A stretch of 64,000 bases of DNA, from the NCBI GenBank assembly GCA_013239625.1, contig MU053559.1, forward strand, positions 496,001 to 560,000, given 5' to 3'. Position numbers and translations under genes: made by a program. The first letter of the stretch is position 1. Each line of letters opens with the position of its first letter. Below the pieces are notes generated by a model. That model saw only the letters and a program-made list of their open reading frames with translations. It did not search any database and had not been told where the DNA came from. This document shows, in pieces, positions 13,952 to 32,973 of the stretch. The DNA comes from Lama guanicoe. Taxonomy: Eukaryota.

Positions 13952-13959
13952 TCAACCAA

Positions 13960-14525
13960 AAAGCCTAAGTTCTCACCGTAGCCCCCAAAGCCTTCCAGGA
14001 TAAGGCCTGTTCAACTTCATCTCCCACCAAACTCTGATCCAGCCACATTGGCCTCTACAGCGGCCCTTCTGGCACACTCCAGCCTCAGGGCCTTTGCACT
14101 GCCTTTTCTCTGCCGCTAATTTTCTTCTCCCCGCTATGCTATGGCTCCCTCTCTCACTTCGTGCAGGTCTCTGTTTAAATCTCAGTCAGAAACGTGTTCC
14201 CTGATCACGACACCAAAAAGAGCCCAATGTCCCCCACCCCTGAAGTTCTATCTCCTGTCCTTGCTTTTTTCCCACGACACTCATCTTTAGCTGACCTATT
14301 ATATATTTGTATTATCTACCTGCCCCCACTAGAACGTAAGCCCCATGAGGGCAGGGATTTCTGTCAGTTTAGGCCACAGCTGTACCTTTGGTGCCCAGGA
14401 CAGTTCCTAGCACACAGTAGGTGCTCAGTATTGTCTGTCCAGTGCAGGGCTGTGTGAAACACTCAAAGTGGTGCCTCTGACATGATAGACGTTCATAAGT
14501 GGTTGTTGAATGAATGAATAAATCA
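13960..14525. mobile_element. L2 3' region fragment
   Basis: GGGCCTTTGCACTG..., GCACACAGTAGGTGCTCAGTA, (TGAA)n tail. Confidence 0.7.
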
Positions 14526-14643
14526 ATGCATGAAGGCCCGAATGAGAAGGGGAACCCCGTTCCATCTTTGGTCTGAGAGCTGCCCTCTCCCCTATCTCAC
14601 CCCTAGTGGACCTGGGAGCCTGCCGTCAGCACAACCACGGAAC

Positions 14644-14649
14644 TTTATT
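14644..14649 (-). terminator. WDR13: WDR13 polyadenylation signal AATAAA (very short 3' UTR)
   Basis: TTTATT on + about 60 nt past the stop, followed on - by GT-rich sequence. Confidence 0.8.
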
Positions 14650-14709
14650 TACACACACAAGGCTGGGGCAGGAGGTGGGTGGAAGGTGGATGGTGGCAGG
14701 GCTGGAAGT

Positions 14710-20860
<6,151 letters not shown>

Positions 20861-22690
20861 TCCCCGGCCTCCTCTTCCGGCGTGTCCGCCCGCGGGAGCC
20901 TGCAGGACAAGGGCTTGGAATGTCAGCGTCTCAACTAAAGCGATCTAGTTCCGCCCCTTCCGCCAGGCGATCATTGCCATAGACACTGAGTCCCTCCATG
21001 CCAGGATGTCGCGAAATCCCACCCGGCTGTTAGCATGGCCATCACCCCAGCCCTGCCCTTCCCGGGCAGTGCCCGGGTGACTCACAGCCGCGAGTCAGAC
21101 CCCGCCCCTTCCAGGTAGCCATAGCAACGCCCCTCCTCCTCCCCGCCTAACAATCCTTGTTGGCATTCCCACCCATCTCGCCCCCACCTCCCCCCGCTTT
21201 CCCTTCTCGGGGCCAAGAGCAGGGCCCGGGATCAGGGGCCACCTCCGGGGCTGCCTCCGGCTCTTGAGGCTCCCGGGGCGGCCCTGAGACCAGTGTCACC
21301 CTTTCCTTCTCTCTTCTCCCTCTCTCTGGTTCCAAGCAAGATGGCCGCCTGCTGCCAGGAAGAACTGCCAAGCGCAGAGCAAATCGATAGGAATCCTCAG
21401 GGCGTGGGAGAATCACGCAGGCGCATTAAGGGCTTCTGGCACAAGGATGGAAGCTCCGCCTTTTAAGTTCTATACACCCCAGACCCTAATAGCACTTTTT
21501 GTGTACACAAGAACAACGTCCAGGAGCCACAGGGACACGGGCGAGTGTGCAGATCACTCACTGAAAATCAGAAATATGACTTTCTTTAGAGTGGTATAAG
21601 ATGCTTTTTTAGCAGCACAATCTTAACCAAGCAAGATTTGAAGTGCAGAATGAAAAATCATCACACATGCGAAGGCCCCTAGAAAGTTCTCCAGTTCTTA
21701 GGTGACTGATGGACCGTCAGACCCCCCGGGGATGAGAACAGTCCTTTCTGTGTGTCTGTGTTGGGGTGGGGTGGGTGGGCTTGGATGTTCCCCAGAAGCT
21801 TGGTCTGGGCATGAGTCTCTAAAGGCAGAAGACGTAATTAGGCACAACTCAAGCTTTAGGGTTTGGATCCCAGGAGGCTATCTGAATCATCCTTATTTCA
21901 ACTCCAACAGGAAGCTGCATCTCTCCATATTAACGTGATCAGGACACACAATGTACAAGGTTGGAATACGAGGTTTAGTAGCTTCCTATTGGATTTTTTT
22001 TTAATTGAAGTATAGTCAGTTTACAATGTTGTGTCAATTTCTGATATACAGCATAATAGTTCAGTCATACATATACATACATATATTTGTTCTCATATTC
22101 TTTTTCACTATAAGTTACTATAAGATACTGAATATAGTTCCTTGTGCTATACAGTAGAAACTTGTTTATCTATCTTATATATAGTAGTTAGTGCTTCCTA
22201 CTGGATCTTAATATCAACTGACACAATTCTCAAAACTGTTATTTTTCACACTATTTTTATAATAAATACAATAATCTGGACAATATTTTTAAACCCACCT
22301 GAAAAGAGACACAGCCAAAAATCTATTGCAACCTTGTGTTCTAACAAAAATAGACCACACTGTATTGTACTGACTTAACATCTCCCTTCTTCATGTAACT
22401 AAGCTATGGGTGTCTTTTCAGGATATTGACCCCCTTTTGTGTTTCATGATTGCTAAAGGATAAACTATTTCACTTAATTTCAATAAATTAACATTTATTG
22501 GACAATGTACTGGATACTGTTCAAAGTGACTTACATGTATTAATCCACTGAAACCTAATAACTGAATGTTGTGGATCCCATTACTATCCTCATTTTACAG
22601 ATGAGGAAATCTGAATCCCAGAAAGTTCAAGCAAGGGTGACATTTTGTTGAATTGGACCCCTATTTCTGACCAACCAGCACTGAGTTTTA

Positions 22691-22913
22691 CAGTTGGCCC
22701 ATGAACACCATAGGTTTGAACTGTGTAGGTCCACTTACACAGGGTTCTTTCTTTTCAATAACTGTTACAGTGCTACACCATCCATGGTTGGTTGAATTTG
22801 CAGCTGCAGAACCACAGATACAGAGGACCGATTATGGGATTTGAGCACTCATGGATTTTGGTATCCATGGCAGGTCCTGGGACTAATCCCCCACGGACAC
22901 TAAGGAACAACTG
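22691..22913. mobile_element. Tigger-family MITE (MER8/MER2-like)
   Basis: TA TSD on both sides; terminal inverted repeats starting CAGTTG. Confidence 0.75.
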
Positions 22914-24515
22914 TATTTCCAAGTTCCTTTTTTTGCCATAAAGGATATGATCAATGCTTTTCCCATTCACCTTGATCCTCCCTGGACAGAACCCTGCCCC
23001 TCATCCCACCGTTCAGCTTCCAAAGAAACACGATGGGAAGAAATCAGAGGAGAGTCAGGGGTCCCAGGGAGATTTACTGTCTCACTGCCTGAATTGATTT
23101 TTTTATTGTTTTTACAATATTCATGTTAAAATTTCAAAAATTATTTTAAAACCTTATTCATATACAGCTATATATAAGGTACTAGATAAAACAACCTAAT
23201 GAGGGTGGTCATAAGTAAGAATTAGCCATTAATGCATAGAAAGAGTTCATAATGACACCCGCTGTGTGAACATTTGCTGTCATTACAGGAAGTAGTACTT
23301 GTCAGAAGGCAGTATAACTTGGCCACTGCCACAGGCTCTGACAAGTAGGAGCTATGTGGTCTTGGGCAGGTCACTTAACCCCTTTGTGACCCACCCTCAT
23401 CTGAAAAAAAAAACTGCCTCATAGAGTTAGAGTGAGGACTCAATGAGTTAATATTTGTAAAGCTTAGACTAGCACCTGGGACAGAGAAAATATCCACTAA
23501 ATGCTGACTACTGTTAGTTGTTTTAAAAACTTTTCCCAATAACAGATTCATCTGCCAGAGGTAAATCTGGGGCAGAAATGATGTGAATTAGAATGACCAC
23601 AGCCACCTCTTGTATTTCTGTCCTCTGCATTTTTTTCAAGTTTTATTTTTAAACATTTACACATTCTTATTGGATTAAAAATGGGTTTTGAGCAACAAGC
23701 TGATGGCAGAAGGTCTTTTCAGTTTGCTGGGAGCTTAGAGAGAAAGGGGTAGAATTTATGTGCATGAATGGCACGTCGGGGTGAGGGGAGGAGGGTCTCA
23801 AGCCTGGATGTATTAAGTAACCAGAAACAGCTTCTGGAGGTTGTGAATGACCTTGGTTACAATCATGACATCTAAAAACGCTCAAGTCCATGTGGGACAC
23901 AAGTTCCACCCACTCTCACAGAATCTAGGGCTATTTTACAGTCAGAGTGACAGCTGAGGGTCCTAGCCAAATGAACAACAAAAATAGATTGGGATAGAAA
24001 AGACAGGTAAGCCAGAGCTGTTTGAAGATAAAGCCACATCACAATAGTAACTTAAGTGATGGCAGAAACGGGTAAGGGCAGTGTCTTTTTTGAACTCCTT
24101 TCTTCATGGTGCCACCTGCCTATATGGCCCCCAGAGCTTACACCTGCAAAAGTGAGCACTGAACCACAGTGGCTGTGTCTGCTGTTCATTATAAACACAG
24201 GCTGAAATGAAACCTGAAATTGGGCCCCATCCTCAGGAACTAAAAGAAGCATAATTTGAGGGAAAGCCTGGGTGGCTTGGGGTGACAAGGGTGTGCTGAG
24301 AATCAAGGCCAGAGAGCGATATGGGAGGACACTTGGAGCTGAGGTTTAACTAACTAGTGTGCAGATACTGAGTCCTTGTTCACTTATCTCATCTCTGAAG
24401 TTTCTTCCTAAATGGGACAAGTGGGGGTTGGAACACAAGATCATAACTTAAACTTCACCATTTCCTGGTGGGAAAACATTTGCCTCTGAAGCCAGAGCGC
24501 TCACAATTCCCAAAG

Positions 24516-24606
24516 TTTTTTTTTTAAGTGGGAGTACTGGGGATTGAACCCAGGACCTCGTGCATGCTAAGCACACACTTTACCACTGAGCTATTACCCA
24601 CCCCCT
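24516..24606 (-). mobile_element. camelid tRNA-Ala SINE
   Basis: A/B boxes; flanked by CCAAAG. Confidence 0.85.
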
Positions 24607-27600
24607 CCAAAGCCTTAATGGTGACAACTCTCCATGGCATGAGTCAGAACCCGATTCCTGCATTTGGGAAGAGCCTCACAGACCACTTGAGCAGCCTCCA
24701 GCAAGTTGCAAGAGCAAGCCAGCCTTCTAACAAATATTTATCAAGTCCCTACTAGGTGCCAGGCACTGGAGAAGCAGCAGGAACTCAAACAAATGGTCCC
24801 CTGCTCTCATGAAGTTGCCATTCTAGCTGGAAAGATGCATGATAAATACAATCATTTTAAAAATGGATATTTACTATCATTAAAATAGTAGTTTGGTTAG
24901 CGTTGCTGAGCAGTGAGGGAAGAGAGGGAGGGATGAGAAATAAATTTAAGCTGGAAACTGAATGAAAAGGAACCAGATACACAAAGCTCTGGACACTGGG
25001 TAAGACCAGTGAGGCCAGTCTGTGACTGATTCAGAGGAGAAATCACTTCACGGGGCTAGAACTGGAGTCACTTTGCTCTTAAGAGCTCCATTCCATCTAA
25101 CCAGTGAGTGACTAGGGGCCTGAGCAAGACCAGATTGTAGGTTTGGTACCTCAGTCCCAGATGATATCGCAAAATGGGCAAGGCCCTTGATTGTTCCCAT
25201 TTTTTCTGCTAATAGACTGAACTACCTCTGGCTGCTTTTCAAATGTGAAGCCACCCTTGCTTTCCTGGGATGAGTCTCACCTGGTTTTGGTGACAGCCTG
25301 CATTTATCGAGCTCTTACTACATCTAATGGAACTGTCACAACAGCCCTAATGAGGTAGGTGTGACATTTAGCTCCACTTTGAAGATGAGGAAGGTGAACC
25401 CTGGAGGGGTTTACTGCCTGTGGCCACAGATGCAGGAAATATCAGAGCTAGCATTTGGACCCAGGCACGAAGTAGAACTGGACTAGGTTTTCTTATCCTG
25501 AACACCAGAAACCACCATCCCCTGGTAACCAGCCAGCAGTGTTGACAGCGGTACTCCATCCCTCTCTCACCTCTCTGTACGGCCCCTGCATCGAGTCCCA
25601 AATCAATTTCCACTGGTACATCCTCCCCGAAATCTACAACGGCTCCCAGCTGCTGTGAGGAGAAGCCAGCTTCTTCGGCCTCCTCTCCAGCTTTGTCCCT
25701 TGTTGCTCTTACTCTATCTGGTTATGTTCCAGTCACACTGGCTTTCTTGCACATCCTTTTAAAATTGCACAAACTGTTCCCAAGATCTGTAACACTGTCT
25801 TCTGTGCACTCAAACACTTCTCATCCTACGGTAATATTACTAATGACAAGCACTCTGTGCCACGCACTGTTCAAAGCATTTTACAGAGAAAACCTTCTTT
25901 AATACTCACAACCACCCTATGAAGTTAGTAATATTATCATCCCATGTCACAGATTGGGAAATGGAAGCAAAGACACGAAGTAAACAGCCCAAGGCCACGT
26001 AGCAAGTAGGCGATGGAGTTAGATTTACACCCAGGCCACCTTGCTCCAGAATCCTTGCTCATAACCACTACACTATTTAATATCAGTTCCTGAATTACTT
26101 TGTATGAGGTCCTCCAGTGCGGATTCAGAACAATTTCTTTCTCTCTCACCCCCTTCGTTTAATTTGTCAAGCGGATCCTGTCAATTCCTTCAGAATTTAT
26201 CCAGAATCCACATCCACTGCTGCCACCACCATTGCTGATCTGGACCAGGACAGTGGCCTTCTCATGGCTTCTGCCCTCGTTGCCTCCCTGTCTGTCCTCA
26301 CAGCAGCCAGAGGGTCCTGTTAACAACCCAAGTCAGCCCACAGCCCTCCTCTGTTCAGACCCCTGCTACATCTCTCTCAGAGAAAAAGCCCAAGTCGTCC
26401 CCATGGCCAGCGAGGCCCTTCGGGACCAGGCCCCGTCACCTCTCTGGCCTCACCTCCTGCCACTGGCCCTCCTGCACACTATGCTCCCGCTGCACTGACC
26501 TTCTTGCTGTTCCTCACATACACCAAGGAATCTCCCACCCCAGGGCCTTTGCACTTGCTTACTTTTCCTTCTGCCTGTAATTCTCCTCTTCCAGATGTCA
26601 TGGAAAGGGAAGGCTGAGAGATCTGGCTGGTATAGAAATATACCATCATTCCATTCAGATGTTTGCTAATTACCTAGACGGCAAAAGCAAGAATTGCCAC
26701 AGATGCCAGCTCATGTCCCTTGTGCAGGGTAACACAGAAACAAAAAGGGGCCAGATAACTGCAGCACGGATAGTAGGATACCGTGTTGCCGAGGAGCTAG
26801 GATATGCTAAGCAGTTTGATAACCTTAAGTCAGAGAAGAGAAGTAACAGAAAGCCTCATACCTCACTGGGAACTCGGGAGATGAGAAATTGTCTCATGAA
26901 AGCCTCTTTGGGAGACAGGGAGGTGAACGAGAAATGGTCTTGTAGCTGTTCCTCACAAGCCTCTCGTGCTCTGTGTTCCAAGGATCATGGGGCGTTCTGC
27001 CAATACTTAGATCAGCTTGCCTACGTCGCCTATGCGGAAACGTGCTAGGCGGCCAGAGCGCTGTGGCGGAACCATTCCCCTACCATTCTTCCTCTTATTT
27101 CAAGTCTCTGCTGTAAGGTTACCTCCTCTGAGTCATCTTCCTTAACCACCCTGTGTAAAATGGCGCATCCCATCACTCTCCATGCCCCTGGCTTTATTTT
27201 CCTTAATGCCAACATTACATTACACATCACTTTATTACTTGATCATCCATAGACCCCAAAACGTGATTCCCAAGGAAAGAAATTTGTCACATCCATTGTT
27301 ATACCATTATTATCTGGCACACACAACAAACTCTTCTTAACATTGACTATGTCTAACTACCTGACACTGTTCTGGGTGTTCCCCACGTCTTAACTCATTT
27401 AATGCGTTTTATCCCCATTTTACCCACAAGGTTTCTAAGAGATCCTGGCTTTTTCAGGAGATAAAGCAGGACCTCTGGTGCTGGGCAAAGGAATGGTCCC
27501 TTGGCCTGGAGGAGCCAGAGGGGTCCCGAGGACTGTGATTGGGGAGCAGAAGCAGGAAGGGGTTCTGGGACCAGTATCTGGAAAATATCAAGGAATGCCA

Positions 27601-27973
27601 GATGTCAAGTAGAAGCTAGCAGTTTGGGGTTTCTTGAGGCCTTTGGAGTAGAAATGCCTGCAACTTTGGAGAAGGCTTTGGGGACCAGGGGCAGGTCAGC
27701 AGGAAACATTAGACAGCTACCCACCTCCCACACCAACGGAGAGGTCTAGCAAACCACACCTCTAACACTTTTCTTTTGGACATTTATTGTGGAAAACCTC
27801 AAACTTACAATAGTACTGATATAATGAACTTTCATGCATCTATCACCCAGGTCCAACAATTGTAAAACACACTGCATTTTCTAAACTTCAGGCTCCATAA
27901 GCATTTGAGTGGTTTGGGGTCAGCTGTCTTTGTTAAAATAAACTACGAAACATCAGGGCATTTTGCACATTTC

Positions 27974-28143
27974 TTTTCTCCTACCAGATTTTTGGCGTCT
28001 TTATCTTTTGAAGAGGGCGATGATCTGTCGGAGTTCCGCAGGTGCTCTGGTTGGCTGAGTGGGTCTGTAGATGTGGGTCTTGGTGTATTTGTGGGAGAGG
28101 GTGACTTACAAGCGTCCTTCTACTCCGCCATCTTGCCCGGAAG
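27974..28143 (-). mobile_element. L1 5'-UTR-only insertion with 14-bp TSD
   Basis: Starts CTTCCGGGCAAGATGGCGGAGTAG (L1-like 5' end with YY1 site); TSD ATTTTGCACATTTC at 27960-27973 and 28144-28157. Confidence 0.7.
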
Positions 28144-28899
28144 ATTTTGCACATTTCATTCATCAAATCTTTCCTCCACTTAAATAGACAAATGGGTGGA
28201 CTGGATCCCAAAGAAGAAAAATGTACTTCTTACTATGGATTATTGGTCATAAAGTTTAAAAAATAGAGACTGCAAATTCTGTGCTCAGATGACTTAAGTA
28301 CAAAAAGTAAAAAACTCCCAGAGTTTTTACTTCAAGGGAGCTTAAAATTGAGTTTAAAAATTTGACTGAACAGCATATTAGAAATGTTTATGCAGAACCG
28401 TGCAACGGATTGTTTTTAACAATTTAGAAGCCTTAACTTTCTCTGTGCTTTCACTGGTATGTTGAAACCCACGTCCCATGGACTCTAGGACAGCTCTCCA
28501 TAACCAAACAAACACTAATATTTTCTGCAGTACATTGTATGCATATTCATACAAAATGGGAAAAATAAAAATTATGAAAAGCTTCAGGTCTTGTCACCAA
28601 ATTTGAAAAAAGACCACTTCTGGTTTTTCAGATCTCTGTGCACTTTGGACTATGAGGAATCATGGTCCTTGTCAGCCTGGAGAGGGTTGGAGGGGGTGGA
28701 AGAGGAATGCATCTGGGCAGGGAATGTGGCACGTTCTGTCTCCATAAGCAGGAGTGGAAGGAACACTGCCTACTGTTATCTAATGTTTTTTACATACCTG
28801 AATTATTTAAAATTTTTTTTGAGTTTTTCTACACCCACAAATCCAGAACGTAGGGCAAGGTGTGGGTATCACAGACGTACCCTGTTATCAACATGTCAC

Positions 28900-29550
28900 A
28901 TCTATTTATTTATTTATTGAAGTATAGCTGATTTAAAACAGAATAGATAAACGAGATTATACTGTTTAGCACAGGGAAATATACACAAGATCTTGTGGTG
29001 GCTCACAGCGAAAAAAAATGTGACAATGAATATATGTATGTTCATGTATAACTGAAAAATTGTGCTCTATGCTGGAAGTTTGACACAACATTGTAAAATG
29101 ACTATAACTCAATAAAAATGTTTTTAAAAATGCTGCGTTAGTTTCTGGTGTTTGGCAGTGATTCAATTATACATATATACGTATATATATATTCATTACA
29201 GGTTACAAGTCATTGAAAATACTCATTGAATATAGTTCCCTGTGCTATACAGGACCTTGTTTACCTATTTTGTATATAGTAATGTGTATGTGCTAATCCC
29301 CAACTCCTAATTTATCCCTCTCTCCTCCTTCCCCTTTGGTAACCTAAGTTTGTTTTCTGAGTCTGTTGATTTTATAAATTCATGCCAGTTTTTTAGATTC
29401 TATGTACGAATGATAAATTACGTCTTTCTTACTTCACTTAGTATGACAATCTCTAGTTTCATCCCTGTTGCTGCAAATGGCAGTATTTCATTTTTCTATG
29501 GCTAATATTCCATTGTGTATATACATATCTTTACCCAATCATCTGCCATG
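28900..29550. mobile_element. Minus-strand L1 3' end with a plus-strand L1 3' end nested at ~28935-29130
   Basis: The nested piece is near-identical to the 6210-6400 L1 3' UTR. Confidence 0.75.
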
Positions 29551-29599
29551 GCTAAACATGTCATCTAATAGCCCTCTGCGTGGTGGACACTACAATTTT

Positions 29600-29719
29600 T
29601 TAAAAAATTAGGTGGTGGTGGGGAGTAATTAGGCTTTTATTTAACAGAAGTACTGGAGATCAAACCCAGGACCTTGTGCATGCTAAGCATGTGTTCTACC
29701 ACTGAGCTCTACCCTCCCT
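29600..29719 (-). mobile_element. camelid tRNA-Ala SINE
   Basis: A/B boxes and tail. Confidence 0.8.
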
Positions 29720-30654
29720 GCTATTGTACAGTGGACACGATAACTCCCATTTTGCACATGTTGAACCTGTGGCAAAGAATTTAGGCTAGGAAACGGTGTG
29801 ATTTCAGCCACGTGAGGTGAGGAGGGCAAAGCTTGGGATTTATTCAGGACCTTGAAACAGGCCAGGGAGTGTCTATCACAGATGTTTGTTACCAATTTTT
29901 TTTTGGTATAGACAAGATCTGGGGCTTGAGAATACAAAAATTTGCAGGCCAGGGGCCTGGTCTTCATAGGACTTGGGATGCAGCTTCTCAAGGGACCTTT
30001 GACTATTTGGGAGTTTCTAGTCTCTGGTGGGTTCTTGGGAAACATGCACATTAGTGAGGTCCTGGTAAAACGGAAGAAAATATGCTTTTAATGGGGTTTT
30101 GAGTCTCCTGTCTGGAAATTGTACTCATGAGCCACGTACTGCCCCTTCTAGGCCTCTTTCCTTAGAGCAACTGAACAAGAGACCGGGCCTCCCTGAGCTG
30201 CATTACTACACAGCACCTTCCTTCTGAAAGGCTGTTTATGGTCTTTGTTGTCACTTTGGGGATCATTCTATTGTAGGAACTTTGTAATTGATCATATGAT
30301 CCTGCCTCAGGCCACATTGAGAAAGGGCCATTTTACTTCCTGAAGAGGTAGGGAGCAGAGGTGCCACTCCAGGCAGTAAATAACCACGTTCCTCTTGCCA
30401 GACCCCATTGCCTTAGCTCTCTGAAGGCCCAGCACAGAACGCCTCCTCAGACTTAGTACCCATCTGGTAAGAGTGGCCACAATGCTGTTACCTCCGCCTG
30501 GAAGAGTGGGCCAGGCAGGTTGCAGGAGTTCCCAGTCTCCACCTGTCAAAGCAAATTCATGACTGGGTGGGAGGACGAGGGGTCTTTGGGCCTGTCCCAA
30601 CTAGCTGGGAGGCACCAGAGGCAGGCTGTCAATACTGGGACTCACGCAGTCTGC

Positions 30655-30956
30655 TGTTCAATAGTACAATCTATCGGGTGGCTTACAAAGAGAAATTTCT
30701 CACACCTCTGGAGGATGAAGTCCAAGATCAGGGTGCAAGTATGGTCAAGCTCTTGTGGGGGCTCTTCCAGGTTGCAGACTAACTTGTATTCTCACAGTGG
30801 TGGCTGAACCAAGCTTCTTAGGGACTCTTATAAGGGCATTAACCCCATCATGAGGGTGGAGCCCTCATGACCTCACCCAACCCCTATCACCCCCATTAGA
30901 GCCTCATCTCCCAATACCGTTACTTTGGGGAGGGGACACATTCAGTCCACTAACAC
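30655..30956 (-). mobile_element. MLT1-like MaLR LTR fragment
   Basis: AAGTCCAAGATCAGGGTG...CTTATAAGGGCATTAACCCCATCATGAGGG...CATTCAGTCCACTAACA. Confidence 0.65.
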
Positions 30957-31889
30957 AGGCTCCATGAATGAGGGAATAAGGCAGTATGAGATGTCCTGAA
31001 ACTTACAATCTGGTGGTACTTGGCTCAGTATCAGTCAGGCAGAAGCCATGGACACAGCTGATTTAGTAGCTCCAGATAGAAAGATAAAGCACATGGGAAT
31101 CCAATGCAGGCAGCAGAACCATGACTAGAGGGAGTAGAACTGAGGAGCTAAGAGACCAGCTAGGGGTGAAAAACCTAATCAGGCTACCACGACCACCTTA
31201 CCACTGAAGACCCTTAACCACCATGGAAAGTTGAATGCCTGTGGCTGATGGCTTTGCCAACTGTTTTTACCGGCTGTATATGCTTATTAAATGCACTTAA
31301 CCCCCAACAGAGAAAGTAAAATGTCCACGAGCCTGAGGGACATGGGTTAAATGACTCACCCAAGGTAGGGAGCACAGGTGCCTGGGAAGTAGCGTAACTT
31401 GGACTGGAATCCTAGTCTGTGCTCTTAGAACCAACCGTTTTCAAACCAGGATTCTCCCATGTCCCTCACACTAAGGTGAATTTACTGTAACACCCTATTA
31501 TTTGAGTTGGAACCACTGTTTATTCTTACATTCTCGAAACAGTCCTGTGAGGAGGGCACCTACTTGATGTTCAGAGAAGCTAGGGAGAGTCAAACCCAAG
31601 TAGTCATTCCCAAGCTGATACTCAACAACACAATGGGACCAGGAGACCATCTCAAAAAACCCAGTTCCAGCCATAATGGGATTTCATCTGGATTCCGCCC
31701 GGCCCCCCTACCCCCAGCAGGCCTTATATATACCCAAACCAACCCCAAACTCCAAGCTTTGCACTCAAGGTCTCTATCCTTTTGGCAGTCCCTGCCCACC
31801 CCTCTAACTAAATTCTTTTCTCAAAGTCTCCCACTTGGAACCTAATTATGCCCCCTCCCCGCCAAAACAAAACTAAAACCAAAAGCCTC

Positions 31890-32543
31890 CCTCTTGATCT
31901 TCCTGTTTTTAATTTGTAACAAGCCTCTATACCTTAATTTGTGTAAGGAAAAAGCACTATCAAGATCGATTTGTTTTCAGGTTTCATCTTTTTAATCAAC
32001 TCCATGAAAGACATCCTAAACACTACATGAAACATAACAGGATATTTTTTTCTTCCAGTATCAAAAACTGACGTACAAATATTTTTAAGAAACTTCTATA
32101 TAACGAAGGCAGATATCTGGAGTAAAAAGTACCCCTAAGTAATTATGTTCTTCATTTCTTAGTTACAGTGGTAAATTGCTTTCTAATGACAACTGAAAAC
32201 ATTGCATACAGGTTTTTTAAATGCTCCTAGATGCACATTATCTTCAAAAAAAATCAGTCTGGCCAAACATTTTTGATAATCCTGAGAGCCTGAATTAAAA
32301 CAACTGGTAAAAAGAAAAAGTCACCCAGACACTACAGATGTCTCAGAATTTGTCTTTAAACAGGAAATTTTTAGAAAAAAAACATGGAGCTTTCTGAACA
32401 AGCTACCTTGGGAGCTCAATTAAAAAAAAAAAGCTTGATGTACTTAAAAAACCCCCAATTGTTTCAGTGCAGCTCCAAATATCTTTATAAACACAGCCAT
32501 TTGGAAGGAAGGTCCTGGATCAGAAGTTTTATTCCTTGTGCAT
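31890..32543 (-). other. RBM3: RBM3 terminal 3' UTR exon (to the ATTAAA site; longer isoforms possible)
   Basis: Acceptor TTCTCAG at 32544; ATTAAA at 31996-31991 and 31913-31908, the latter followed by a GT-rich TTTTGGTTTTAGTTTTGTTTTGG element. Confidence 0.7.
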
Positions 32544-32912
32544 CTGAGAATAGTAAAGAAAGGGAAGAATTGTGATGTGGGGAACAGGCTAACATGCTCA
32601 CTTCCCGGGGTTGATTAAGGATGCTGAAAGGCTGAACAGGGACCCCTTCATCTCCTCCATGCTCAGTAAGAACAGAAGATTACAGGCAAGACAGGTTTAA
32701 CTCTCCTCTGCCCGCCCGCCCTCTCCCCTCCCCACAATCAGACTAGCCTTGACAGGCACCCGAGAGTAAGGGAGACCTAGGAATGGTGTCAGATGGTCCC
32801 GTGAGGTGTGCACATGCAGGAGGAACAGTGAGAGGAACAGGGCAGGGCTGGTGGACAGAGGTCTGCCCAGCAGCAACATACATGTCTTACCTACATTACG
32901 CGTGTATGCATT

Positions 32913-32973
32913 TCAGTTGTCGTAATTGTCCCTGTAATTTCCTCCTGAGTAGCGGTCATAACCACCCTGGCTT
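32913..32973 (-). CDS. RBM3: RBM3 exon 6 coding part (exon continues to donor at 32891)
   Basis: [22 protein letters not shown] 32915-32913. Confidence 0.94.
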
